Source of the DNA: Paraspadella gotoi
Lineage: Eukaryota; Animalia; Chaetognatha
Length of the DNA stretch: 64,000 nt
Assembly (NCBI GenBank): GCA_051294375.1
Contig: CM119264.1
Location: 3,267,575-3,331,574, forward strand
Reading direction: 5' to 3'
The notes beneath the pieces are model-generated. The model was not told the origin of the DNA and ran no database searches. It saw only the letters and a program-made list of their open reading frames with translations. Below, piece by piece: positions 45,201 through 58,009 of the stretch. How positions within the stretch are numbered: the first letter of the stretch is position 1; each line of letters begins with the position of its first letter. The position numbers and the translations under genes are program-made.

Positions 45201-45531
45201 TGAGGTGACCCGCTGCTGAAAATGGTTTCGCGAGTGAATGAATCATCTCGTAGGTTTGGGTGAAACTTGAACTCGAGGGTCACAAACACGCGAGAGATCG
45301 GTGTGAGAATCGTGTGAAAACTTATTTTGTGATCCGTAAGCACGAAGGGATGTGAAGTGATGTGAAGCGAACACCATTCAAGAAACGTCTCACAGACAAG
45401 GTCATACTACGCATAAAAATTGCAATGCTACTTAATTAACTATTTTAGGTATTTTGATCTTTAAATATTCAATATACTACAAGATTTTATACGTATATAC
45501 GTGTTAATTTTAAACATATAAACATTATATT

Positions 45532-45912
45532 TGTAGTCGGGCATTGCCTATGTTCACCCCGCCTAGAATTATGTCACTTTCAGTTGTGACCCGGTGGCTC
45601 ATTGAGTAAAGCCATCAGCTCATGACCACTACGTACCGGGTTCAATCCCAACCCGGAACCTACCCTGCGGGAATCGTGAGGACGGCCGTTAGCTGCCTTC
45701 GGGGCATGGCAAACTCTCAAGCCTGGTTCCAAGCCCAGGGTCCCGTTCCATTGCTGCTAGAGGGGGTTATAGAAGTTACGGACAGTTATCTTCAGCCCAC
45801 ATAGCGCCTTATCCACATATTTTCATTTTCCTTCAATAATCAAGCATCTTGCCTCCTTGCCCACTTGCCTTTGGACCAGATAAAGCGGTGAGAGTCTTCC
45901 ACACCTTCAACA
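45532..45912 (+). mobile_element. tRNA-head plus twister-like retroelement (SINE/retrozyme- or solo-LTR-like)
   Basis: Starts TGTAG, ends CAACA, flanked by ATATT/ATATG; A box TGGCTCATTGAG (45595), B box GGTTCAATCC (45639); twister-like module 45719-45810; diverged homologue at 30344-30600. Confidence 0.6.
45719..45810 (+). ncRNA. Degenerate circularly permuted (P3-type) twister ribozyme-like motif
   Basis: AAG-CCTG-GTTCCAAGCC-CAGG ... GCTA-GAGGG-GGTT ... AGCC-CACA-TAGC-GC-CTT: P4 stem with the GUYCCAAGCC loop, GAGGG, and P1/P2/P3 pairings; L1 deviates from UAA. Confidence 0.5.
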
Positions 45913-46389
45913 ATATGTTGACATAACCTGAAAACTTACTTTCAAGATTCTCTTGCTGTCGAGAATATGAATTTTCATATAAAAATAAATATTAAAGAGT
46001 AAAGTAGTATAATAAAGTATAAGATGTCGGAAGTTAAATGTTATAAGATTTCCTGTCCTCGTTTTGAAAATCTTCCCCAATGTGCCCGTCAAAACATTTC
46101 ACCCGGATGTAACTGAAATATAGAGATATATCTCGCTAAACAAAACCAGGATGTAACTGATACCTTCAAAACCCGGATGTCAATGAGACAAACAAAAGGC
46201 GCATCTTATCGAAGTTTTTCCCGATTTTCTTCCGCGACTTTAATTTCGGGTCTTCGTTCTCCGCTTGAGTTCCGGTGGAGGAGAATGAGGAGACAGGCTG
46301 CGGGGGGGGAGGAGCAAGGGTGAGGTGAGGAGAATTGTGAAGAATTGTTTCATGAGTGAGTAATGGAAAATTGTTGAGAAGATGGATAG

Positions 46390-46640
46390 TGGAATTGTGT
46401 TCTGGAATTGATTTGTGGAATTGAGTTGTAGAAGAAGGTAGGACAAAAGAAAGAATTGAGTTGTGGAATTGAGTTGTGGAAGAAAGTAGAACTAAAGTAA
46501 GAATTAAGTTGTGGAATTGAGTTGTGGAAGAAGGTAGGGGAAAAGGAAAAATTGAGTTGTTGAATTGAGTTGTAGAAGAAAATATGGCAAAAGAAAGAAC
46601 TTAGTTAGGTAGGGCAAAAGGAAGAATTGAGTCTTGGAAT
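46390..46640. repeat. Degenerate ~45-60 bp tandem repeat built on GAATTGAGTTGTG
   Basis: About five units of GAATTGAGTTGTGGAATTGAGTTGTRGAAGAAGGTAGGGCAAAAG. Confidence 0.7.
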
Positions 46641-46930
46641 TTAATTTAATTGAACGCAGACAGGAGCATTCACGGGAGCAGAAATTGAAAGAAAGGCTGG
46701 AGCAAAGATTTAAACAATTTGGGTAGTTAAAATGTAAAGTTATATGGACAAAGTGAGGACATTCTGTATGAGTTATTTCGTGTTTCATAATTAATTTTCG
46801 GTTTAATTCGTGACTGTGATCGAATTAGTCGTCAGAAACCCACGTCCACATCATCGTCATCACAAAAGTCGCTCTAGATTTTATGCGGATTTAAAAACCG
46901 GGAAATTCTCTCTCTCTCTCTTTCTCTCTC

Positions 46931-47042
<112 letters not shown>

Positions 47043-47418
47043 TCTCCGTTTCTTTTTTTTTTCAAGGTGAGAAACGAATATTCCTTTTTTTCTTTCTTTT
47101 TTTTCCTTAGTTTGTCTCTGGTTTTTTCTTTGTTTTCTCTCTAATCTTCATCACAACATTTTTCCCCCTCTAGTTTGTTCTCATTATTTGAGCTTTTAAT
47201 TTTTTTTTTCTATACATTTTAATTTTGCGGGTTTTTTAAAAAAAAAAAACTAACAATCCTGGTCGACCGCAGACTAAATCTCAATATTTGTTTTCATTTA
47301 AATAACAAATCCCAAAATTTAATTTTAGTTCAACGACACCTCGAAAAAACATATCGCAATAGGAGCGGCCTTTTAAAATTTGAAAGCTTTGCACTAAGGT
47401 CTAGGACAAGCTTATCAA

Positions 47419-47465
<47 letters not shown>

Positions 47466-47638
47466 GTCCCTCCCCTCTCTCAACCCCTCGTTCAAAGAGT
47501 TCAACCCAATTCCGTAACCTTCACTCAATCTCTTTGTTTTTAGAGAATTTTCTCGGAGAACGAGATTTTTAAATTCTTGAATGGATCACTCTCTCTCNNN
47601 NNNNNNNNNNNNNNNNNNNNNNCTCTCTCCTCTCTCGC

Positions 47639-47674
<36 letters not shown>

Positions 47675-47719
47675 CTCAGGTCTCTCCTCGTCTTCTCACT
47701 CTCTCTCTCTCTACTCTTG

Positions 47720-50700
47720 ACATAGATTCTCTGGCCGCACCCGAAAAAAAACATTTCAGCGAGAAACAAGCCGGAGGAGACACGCCTGGTTAATCAACGA
47801 GAGAGAGGAAGAGCAAGCTGTGTTCGAGTGAGAAAAAGGAGCGGGACTAGTTTTTTTTAGCTTTTAGATTTCCAGCGTAAAAAATGTTGTAAATCGGACG
47901 ACGACGACGACGAGACGACGAACGACGACGACGACGACGACGACGAGACGACGACGAACGAACGACGCCACGACGAACGACTTTTTCTTATTTCAAGGAA
48001 CTGCTGGAAAAGAATTACGCCGCTCCCGTTTTACATCAGAAGCAAGAAAAAAATAAAGAAAGAAAGAAAAGAAAGAAAGACAAGAAAGAAAGAAAGAAAG
48101 AAGAAAGAAAGAAAGAAAGAAAGAAAGACAAGAAAGAAAGAAGAAAGAATGAAAGAAAAAGGTAAACAGTAAATAGATAAAAGAAAGGCGGGAAAATTTA
48201 TTCCTACAAAAAATGAATGAAACATGATAAAAGAAAAACGACCCGCGAAAATTATTCTTCTCTTTTTTTAAAAAAATTAATGCGCGAAAAGATAAAGAGA
48301 GAAAAATCTCTTTCCGTTTTTTCTTTTTTTTCTTTTTTTTTTTTAAGGAAAAATCTGATTATTTATTTTGCGTCAGAAAAGTAAACGAGAAACTGAATTA
48401 TGTTTCGTACTTAAACTAAGAAGAAAATGAGCAAATTTTTTTTTTGTTTCGCGTGATGTAATTTCGACTCGTCGGTTATATTCAGCGCTCGTGTTGATTT
48501 CATGTTTTAGCTTAAACTATCAAATCATCAATCAATAAATTAATCTAATCAAAATTAATCGTCCAAAGCTAAGACCGCCGGAAAAGACATATTAGCGTTG
48601 AGGGTCAAGTTAAAGATTGACCAGCGAGCCAAAATATTTGCAAACAATCATAATTAATCAATAAGTCTATTAAAATCATTGTCTAGAGCGACTTATCAAA
48701 CTACTTCCTCCTCCACCACTTTCCTCAGTTCTCCACCAATCGGGCCAACCGCCATCTGCCTAACGCGTTCCCCCTCTTCCCTACCTTTTCACTTCTATTC
48801 ACACCTCCTTCCCTTCTATCTCCTCTCTATTCCCCCTATTCCACCCTCTAATCGCACCCTCACATTCCTCTAATCCACGCTCTATCCTCTCTGTTCACCT
48901 CCCAAAACATCCGCCTGTTTTCTTCGCAACCGAAAAGAAAAACTAACTTCAAAGTGAAAATTTCTTTCCTTCACACAACGAAGCCAGCGAACAGGCCGAA
49001 GCCTGCTGTACCTCCTTTCAAGTGTTTATGACGCTAACGCGCTGTTGGCATTTTATGGTGGACGCGCTCTGTGCCCCCGTTAGGACGAAAACGCGCTGTG
49101 CCCGTCCCGGTATAATATGGGAGAAAAAAAACAGCACTGTGCCGTTTGTTTCGCCGATAAAGATTTGGCGAATTCAGCTAAAATGATAACACCACAGGAA
49201 AGCTGGGCAAGGTCTCATCGGTCCCCCCAGCTCTCTTCTCGTCTCTCTCCTTCTCTTCTTCTGCTCTATTCTCTCTATCGTCTCTCTCTCTCTCTCTCTC
49301 CATTCTCTCCTCGTCTTCTCTCCTCTCTCTCTCTCTCCTTCTGGTACATTTATGCCGACAAACGAAATATATCTCATTTGTTTTTGGTCATTGCTAACAT
49401 TAATCTCTTATTCAGTATTTTTTTAAATAACAGACAGATGACAGGACAAGAATGCAATTTTCCCTACCTTTTTGGTATTTTGGTATCCATAAAAAAAAAG
49501 TAAGTATAAATGTATATGAAAATGTTGTCAAAAAATGTAAATACTTTTTTAAGTTTATCACCAAAAGTTTACCTGCCTTCGGTCGCATTGGTGCAAACGA
49601 CCTCCAACAGTGTGAGTAGTCCACACTTCGAGCCAGATAAAAAGCTTGTAACTTTGATTACCAAACAGTGAATTTATTGGAGAGAGAGAGAGAGAGAGAG
49701 AGAGATGAGAGAGAGAAGACGAGAGAGAGAGAGAGAGAGAGAAGAGATGGGAGAAGATCTAACAGAAAATGACACGCGTGTATCGCTTATGACAAGTAAT
49801 ACTTAATAAACCCATTAGGTTGAAACCCGAAGATATCGTGAGATGAATCCGAACGGTATCTTCCGTTTTCACTATAATCTGAATTTGGTGAAAAGTTATA
49901 TTTTGACGATTTCTTTGTCCATCTTATTTTTTTATTCGTCATCGTCGTCGTCGTCGTCCGTCGTCGTTTCGTCCTGTTTACCTTCGCCATGGTCTCCAAC
50001 ACGCCGGCGTTTTTAATGGTTGAATGTTTATTGTTTTACTTATTTTTATTTTTAAAAAGCCACCAACGCCGGCAACTGCGCAGCCCCGCGCCCCCTAACA
50101 GCCGACCGTTTACGCGCCGCATTGTTTTTGATGACTCGCTTGACCTTACGGAGAAGTTCCATTCAATCCATTTTTATTTAAATTCAATATTATTATTTTT
50201 TTTTGGTTTCATAACTACAAAAACGAGTTCAGAAATGGCAAGCAACAGAACGGAAACCTTAAAATTGACTCAACATCAACTGAATAAGTGCAACCAAACC
50301 AACATCATCCTCTCAACGTTATTGCATATAAATTTCTTTTACGTCATCGAGTCGATGCGTCAATAATTTCGTTCGTGATGAACGTTCAGCGACACGAAGC
50401 AGATTTCCTTCTCTCCTCAATAACGTTCGCGATAAGTCCGTCGGCCTTCGTTCGCGATAACGTCGGTGATTTAAACGTCAAAGAATCGTTTAACAGTTCG
50501 GTATGCTGCGATCGCTGCGTTCTGAGCTGCTGCTTCGCTGCAACACTCATTTGCTGCTTCTCTAAGTTGCGCGTCGCTGGGTCTCTTGCGTCGGGCCGTC
50601 CAGAAGTTGCTGCGTTGCTGCATCTCTTGATTTTTGCATCTCTGAGTTATGGTATTGCTGCATCTTGATTTGCTGCATCTCAAAGTTTGCTGAGTTGCTG

Positions 50701-51023
50701 GGTCGTAGCATCTCAGAGTTATTGATCACTGCTTTCTTCATAGCGGCATAGCTGCATTTCTGATTCGCTGCAGTTCTGAGTTATGGCTCATGCATCTTGA
50801 ATTGTGCGTCTAGATTGCTGACTGTGTTCTGTCTGGTCTCTCTCTCTCTCTCTGACATAGATTCTCTGGCCGCACCCGAACACAAAACATTTCAGCGAGA
50901 AAAAAGCCCGGAGGAGACTCACCCTGTTAATCAACGAGAGAAGGAAGAGCAGCTGTGGCGAGTGAGAAAAAAGAGCGGGACTAGTTTTTTTTACTTTTAG
51001 ATTTCCCGCGTAAAAATGTGTAA

Positions 51024-51101
<78 letters not shown>

Positions 51102-51175
51102 TTTTTCTTCTTTCAAGGAACTGCTGGAAAAGAATTACGCCGCTCCCGTTTTACATCAGAAGCAAGAAAAAAATA

Positions 51176-51267
<92 letters not shown>

Positions 51268-54194
51268 AGAAAAAATAACAGTAAATAGATAAAAGAAAGG
51301 CGGGAAAATTATTCCTAAAAAAATGAATGAAACATGATAAAAGAAAAACGAACGCGAAAAATTATTCTTCCTCTTTTTTTAAAAAATTATGCGCGAAAAG
51401 ATAAAGAGAGAAAAATCTCTTTCCGTTTTTTCTTTTTTCTTTCTTTTTTTTTTTAAGGAAAAATCTGATTATTTATTTTTGCGTCAGAAAAGTAAAAGAG
51501 AAACTGAATTATGTTTCGTATTAAACTAAGAAGAAATGACAAATGTTTTTTTTTTGTTTCGCGTGATGTAATTTCGACTCTCGGTTATATTCAGCGTCGT
51601 TTGATTTATGTTTTAGCTTAAACTAATCAATCAATCAATCAATAAATTAATCAATCAATAAATTAATCTCCAAAGCTTCAAGACCGCGAAAAGACAATTA
51701 GCCGGTTGAGGTCAAGTTAAAGATTGACCAGCGAGCAAATATTTGCAAACGATCAATAAATTAATCAATAAGTCTATTAAAATCATTGTCTAGAGCGATT
51801 ATAAACTACCTTCCTCCACCACTTTCCCTCCAGTCTCCACCCAATCGGCCAACCCCCATCTCCTAACGCGTTCCCCTCTTCTCCTCCCCCTATTTCACCT
51901 TCTATTCCACCCTCTTCCCCCTATTCCACCCTCTATTCCCCCTATTCCACCCTCTAATCCACCCTCCATTCCTCCTAATCCACCCTCTATCCCTCTCTGT
52001 TCCACCCTCCAAAACATCCGCCTGTTTTCTCTTCGCACCAAAAGAAAAACTAACTTCAAGTGAAAAGTTTTTTCCTTCCACCACAACGAAGCAGCGAAAG
52101 GCCGAAGCCTCTGTACCTCCGTTCAAGTGTTTATGACGAAACGCGCTGTGCATTTTATGGTGGACGCTCTGTGCCCCGTTTAGGACGAAACGCGCTGTGC
52201 CGTCCCGTATTATGGAGAAAAAAAACACACTGTGCCGTTTGTTTCGCCATAAAGATTTGGCGAATTCAGCTAAAAACTGATAAACACAGGAAAAGCTGGG
52301 CAAGGTCTCATCGGTCCCCCAGCTCTCTCTCTCTCTCTCTCTCTCTCCCAGACAGAACACAGTCAGCAATCTAGACGCACAATTCAAGATGCAGTGAGCC
52401 ATAACTCAGATTGACTGCAGCGAATGCAGAAAATCAGCTATGCCGCTATGAGATACAGCAGTGATCAATAACTCTGCAGATGCTACGACCCAGCAACTCA
52501 GCAACTTTGAGATGCAGCAAATCAGAGATGCAGCATACCAGTGAACTCAGAGATGCAGAAAATCAAGAGATGCAGCAACGCAGCAACTCTGGACGGCCGA
52601 CGCAGAGACCCAGCGACGCGCACTTAGAGAAGCAGCAAATGAGTGTTGCCAGCAAGCAGCAGCTCAGAGACGCAGCGACGCAGCAACCGAATTGTTAAAC
52701 GATTTCTTGACGTTAAATCACCGACGTTATCGCGACGGCAAGGCCGACGGACGTTATCTGCGAACTTATTGAGGAGAGAAGGAAATCTGCTTCGGTTCGC
52801 TGACGTCATCAGAACGAAATTATTGACGCTCATCGACTCGATGAGCGTAAAAGAATATTTATATGAATAAGTTGAGAGGATGATGTTGCGTTTGGCTGCA
52901 CTTATTCGTTGATGTTGAGTCAATTTTTAAGGTTTCCGGTTCTGTTGTTGCCATTTCTGAACTCGTTTTTGTAGTTATGAACCAAAAAAAAATAAAATAT
53001 TGAATTTAAATAAAATGGAATTGAATGGAACTTCTCCGCTAAAGGTCAGACGAGTCATCAAAAACAATGGGCGCGGTAAACGCGGCTGTTAGGGGGCGGC
53101 GGCGGCGCGCAGTTGCGGCGTTGGTGGCTTTTAAAAATAAAAAAAGTAAAACAATAAACATTCGAACCATAAAAACGCCGGCGTGTTGAGACCGATAGGC
53201 GAAAGGTAAACAGCGACCCGAAACGACGACGGACGACGACGACGACGATGACGAATAAAAAAATAAGATGACAAAGAATATCGTCAAAATATAAACTTTT
53301 CACCAAATTCAATATAGTGAAACTGCGATAAGATACCGTTCGGAACATGCTCACGATATCTTTCGGGTTTCAACCTAAGTGGTTTATAAGTATTACTTGG
53401 TCATAGCGATACACGCTGTCATTTTCTGTTAGATCTTCTCCCACCTCCTCTCTCTCTTCTCTTCTCCTCTCTCTCTCCTCTCCTCTCTCTCTCCTCTCTC
53501 TCTCTCTCCAATAAATTCACTTTTGGTAATCAAAGTTACAAGCTTTTATCGGCTCGAAGTGTGGCACTCACACTGTGGAGTCGTTTGCCACCAATGCGAC
53601 CGAAGGCAGTAAACTTTTGGTATAAACTTAAAAAGTATTTACATTTTTTGACAACATTTTCATATCACATTTATTTACTTACTTTTTTTTTATGATACCA
53701 AAATACCAAAAAGGTAGGGAAAATTGCATTCTTGTCCTTCATCTGTCTGTTATTTAAAAAAATACTGAATAAGAGATTAAGTAGCAATGACGCAAAACAA
53801 ATGAGATATATTTCGTTGTCGGCAGTAAATGTACCAGAGAGAGAGAGAAGGAGACAAGACGAGGAGAGNNNNNNNNNNNNNNNNNNNNNNNNNCAACGAA
53901 ATATATCTCATTTGTTTGTCATTGCTACATTAATTCTTATTAGTTTTTTTAAATAACAGACAGATGACAGGAAAAGAATGCAATTTCCCCTACCTTTTTG
54001 GTATTTTGGTATCATAAAAAAAAGTAGAAGTATAAATGTATATAAAATCTGTTCGTCAAAAAATGTAAATACTTTTTAGTTTACACCAAAAGTTCGCTCC
54101 TTCGGTCGCATTGGTGCAACGTCCTCCACAGTGTGGAGTCCACACTTCGAGCCAGATAAAAAGCTTGTAACTTTGAATTACCCAAAAGTGATTT

Positions 54195-54272
<78 letters not shown>

Positions 54273-54453
54273 AGAAGATCTAACAGAAAATGACAGCGTG
54301 TATCGCTTATGACAAAGTAATACTTATAAACCAATTAGGTTGAAACCCGAAAGATATTCGTAGATTCCGAGACGGTATCTTTCGCCGTTTCACTATAATT
54401 GAATTTGGTGAAAAGTTTATATTTTGACGATTTCTTTGTCATCTTATTTTTTA

Positions 54454-54484
<31 letters not shown>

Positions 54485-55340
54485 TTCGGTCGCTGTTCTT
54501 GCCCATGGTCTCAAACGCCGGCGTTTTTATGGTTGATGTTATTGTTTTTATTTTTATTTTTAAAGCCACCAACGCCGCAACTGCCGCCGCCGCCGCCCCC
54601 CTAACAGCCGCCGTTTCCGCCGCCATTGTTTTGATGACTCGTCTGACCTCTTAGCCGGAGAAGTTCCATTCAATTCCATTTTATTTAATTCAATATTATT
54701 ATTTTTTTTTGGTTCATAACTACAAAAACGAGTCAGAAATGGCAACAACGACGACTAAATTGAACTCAACATCAACGAATAAGTGCAACAACCAACATCA
54801 TCCTCTCAACGTTATTCATTAAAATATTCTTTTACGTCAATCGAGTCGATGACGTCAATAATTTCGTTCGTGATGACGTCAGCGAACCGAAGCCAGATTT
54901 CCTTCTCTCAATAACGTCGCGTAACGTCGTCGCCTTCGTCGCGATAACGTCGGTGATTTAACGTCAAGAATCGTTTAACCGGTCGCTGCGTCGCTGCGTC
55001 TCTGAGCTGCTGCTTCGCTGCAACACTCATTTGCTGCTTCTCTAAGTTGCTGCGTCGCTGGGTCTCTGCGTCGCAGCGTCTCAGAGTTGCTGCGTTGCTG
55101 CATCTCTGATTTTCTGCATCTCTGAGTTATGGTANNNNNNNNNNNNNNNNNNNNNNNNNATGCTGCATCTTGATTGCTGCATCTCAAAGTTTGCTGAGTT
55201 GCTGGGTCGTAGCATCTCAGAGTTATTGCATCACTGCTGTATCTTCATGCGGCATAGTGCATTTTCTGATTCGCTGCGTCTCTGAGTTATGGCTCATGCA
55301 TCTTGAATTGTGCGTCTAGATTGCTGACTGTGTTCTGTCT
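47720..55340. repeat. Complex duplication A'-B'-A-inv(B)-gap-B; probable chimeric/fold-back artefact
   Basis: A: 47720-49230 = 50855-52322; B: 49340-50835 = 53894-55340; inverted B at 52348-53838; junctions lie at (CT)n tracts and 25-N gaps. Confidence 0.8.
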
Positions 55341-55720
55341 GGGCTGCATTTCTGATTCGCTGCGTCTCTGAGTTATGGCATCACTGCATCTCTGCATTGT
55401 GGCGTCTCAGAGTTGCTGCATTGCTGCATCTCTGATTTTCTGCATCTCTGAGTTATGGTATCGCTGCATTGCTCTGTTTTGGGCTGCATCTCAAAGTTGC
55501 TGAGTTGCTGGGTCGTAGCATCTCAGAGTTATTGCATCACTGCGTATCTTTCATAGCGGCATAGCTGGCATTTCTGATTCGCTGCGTCTCTGAGTTATGG
55601 CATCGCTGCATCTCTGCATTGCGGCGTCTCAGAGTTGCTGCGTTGCTGCATCTTTGATTTGCTGCGTCTCAGAGTTGCTGTGTCGCTGCGTCGCAGATTC
55701 GCCGGGTTGCTGCGGTGTTG
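54980..55720. repeat. ~16-bp-unit satellite GCTGCRTCTCWGAGTT with longer-period structure (copies at 50500-50810 and inverted at 52370-52690)
   Basis: Directly visible recurring GCTGCATCTCTGA / GCTGCGTCTCAGAGTT units. Confidence 0.8.
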
Positions 55721-56267
55721 CGTCGGTCCATCTTAATGATTTCGAATCATTTCCACTTTCGATTAGATGGATGGACGATGACAATAACGACGACGACGAC
55801 GACGACGATACGGACAGTAGGGAAACTATTAAGACCTTCGGTGATTTCGGTGACTTACATTTTTTTCTTTTGATCTCTTTAATTTTGCCGCCGAAATCTT
55901 TCATCGCTTCTCGCGTGAGCTTTGTGGTAGAGACTCACAATGGATGACTCCGTATGAGGCATTTTATGGGCCGTCTCGCATGAAGTCCTCAAATATTAAT
56001 TTTGGAGATGGATTGATTGATTAAACATTTTTTATTGACCAATTGATTGGTCGTATTGATTTCGGGAAATTAGCCCAATGAAGAAGTTTTACGGTGGAGA
56101 TGAGGTGCAGGGAAAATGAAACGGTTTTAAAAGGATGGGTTAATGTGATAGATGTTCCATAGTCAAGTGATCAACTTTATTCTCATTTAAAGATTAAAAT
56201 GACGTCAACGTTTCCCCCTTTAAAGTCATAAATAAAGAACCGAGAGTCAAACAACCGATAAAAAAAA

Positions 56268-56517
56268 AACAAGTTTGAGCAAACAATGTCGGATCTGCCT
56301 ACGATAATTAAGCAGTAATAAGCTAATCCGATGATAAATACAATAATTTTCACTTTCGGATGGACGAACGGACATCATTTTTTGGGCATAATTTATTATA
56401 ATTCGATATCCTGATATGATAAAAATGATTTACCAACAAGATTGTGGGGGTGGACCGACAGATTGACAAAGTGAATTATAGAGTCGGAATCTGCTAATAA
56501 GCAGATCCGACTAAAAA
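56268..56517 (-). mobile_element. HINE family A, short (~250 bp) copy with both ends
   Basis: AACAAGTTTGAGCAAACAATGTCGGATCTGCC at one end; GACAAAGTGAATTATAGAGTCGGAATCTGCTAATAAGCAGATCCGACTAAAAA at the other. Confidence 0.65.
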
Positions 56518-56579
56518 CAAGAAAAAAAATCAAACTTTTTTGGCCTTTTTTCCCAGAACGAACCATTTTTTACTAAATT

Positions 56580-56760
56580 TAGATTTAGGTTAAATTTTTA
56601 AATTAAAAATTGAATAAGAGGTTAAGTCGAGGCATTAAGTTAGGGATTTGGTTACCGATTAAGGTTATGATGATTAGGCTTATGGATTTAAGTTAGGGGT
56701 TAGGATAAAAAATTAAGGATAAGGTTAGGGTTAGGGATTATGGTTAGAGATTAAGAATAA
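56580..56760 (+). repeat. Degenerate interstitial TTAGGG-like tract
   Basis: GTTAGGG, GGTTAGGGTTAGGG, TTAAGG, TTATGG variants at a ~6-bp period. Confidence 0.6.
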
Positions 56761-57156
56761 AGATTTTTTTAACAAGTTTAAAAATATATTTAACTAAATT
56801 ATTATTTATTCTAAATTATTATGGTTAAAATTAAATTCTGGGAAAACGAACAAAACTCTGGGAAATTTTCCCGCCATTTTTCTTTTTTTTTCTTTTTTTA
56901 GCGACTTTTTCGGATTCAAGAGAAAAAAAAAGAAAAAAAAGAAAATAAGGTAAAAAAAAGGGAAAACGATCGATCAAAATCAAAATGGTTTCTTTTTGAG
57001 AAGAAGTAAAGCATTTGGCGGTGAATGAAAAGACTCGCCTCTTGAAGCCGAGAGGGAAACAAAAGATTTAGGCTTTCTTTCTTTCTTTCTTTTTCTTTCT
57101 TTCTTTCCTTTTTTTTGCTTTCTATCTTTCTTCCTTTGTTTTTCACTTTCTAACCT

Positions 57157-57203
<47 letters not shown>

Positions 57204-58009
57204 ATTTCTCTTTCTATCTTACTTTCTTATTTTCTCTCTTTCCTTCTATTTTTGTTCTTTCTTTCTTTCTATCTTTCTCTTTGTTCATTTTTTTCTCTCT
57301 TTCGTTCTCTATTTATCTTTTCTTTCTTTCCTTCCTTTACTTTTTTCCTTTTTATTTGTTTGTTTGTTTGCTTGTTTGTTTGTTTTCTTTTTTCGACTTT
57401 TGGTTAGTTTATGTTTTAAATTATTCTTTAGTTGTGGAGCAGTTACGTTTCCTTCACTATTTAAATTTTTTCAAAATTTTTCCTTTGACTTCCATTCTAT
57501 CATCTACTTCTTTCTCTTTTTACATTTTTTTCTCTTTTGTGCAAAACTTTTTTCTTTTGAAAAGATCTTTCTTGGTTTTGTCCGAAAAATATTTTTTACA
57601 AAAGTCCTTTTTTATGTGTTTGTATGTTTAATGACTCATTCCTTAATTGGTACATTTTTTACATCTGGTTCTATTTTGGAAACCTTGAGAAAAGGTTTTT
57701 TATTATGTAATTTTATTTCTTATCAATAGAATTTACATTAAAATGAACGGCAAAACATGAATAGGAACCTCTCTCTCTCTCTCTCTCTCTCTATCTCTAC
57801 TCTCTCCTCTCTCTCTACTCTCTCTCTCCAATCTTCTCTGCTCTCTCTCCGCCCTTATTTCCCCGCCTCACGCGCAATATAAACATAGTTTTTTTCACTC
57901 TTGTTAAAAAAAAAACACAATAAATAAGTAATAAATAAAGTTTATATTGCCTTCGAACATAAACGGGAACCGAAAGGCGTCCGAAGTTTGGACTTCCTTT
58001 TATCTTCTT

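Noticed and set aside
45588-45660. Functional tRNA-Met gene
   Set aside because: The anticodon and acceptor stems do not pair properly, and it is embedded in a dispersed repeat.
45680-45720. HDV-like ribozyme suggested by the TGCCTTCGGGGCATGGCAAA hairpin
   Set aside because: I could not place P1, P3/L3 or P1.1 upstream; a simple hairpin explains it.
52130-52210. TAGGACGAAACGCGC resembling the 3' half of the schistosome hammerhead
   Set aside because: No CTGANGA core or stem II partner upstream.
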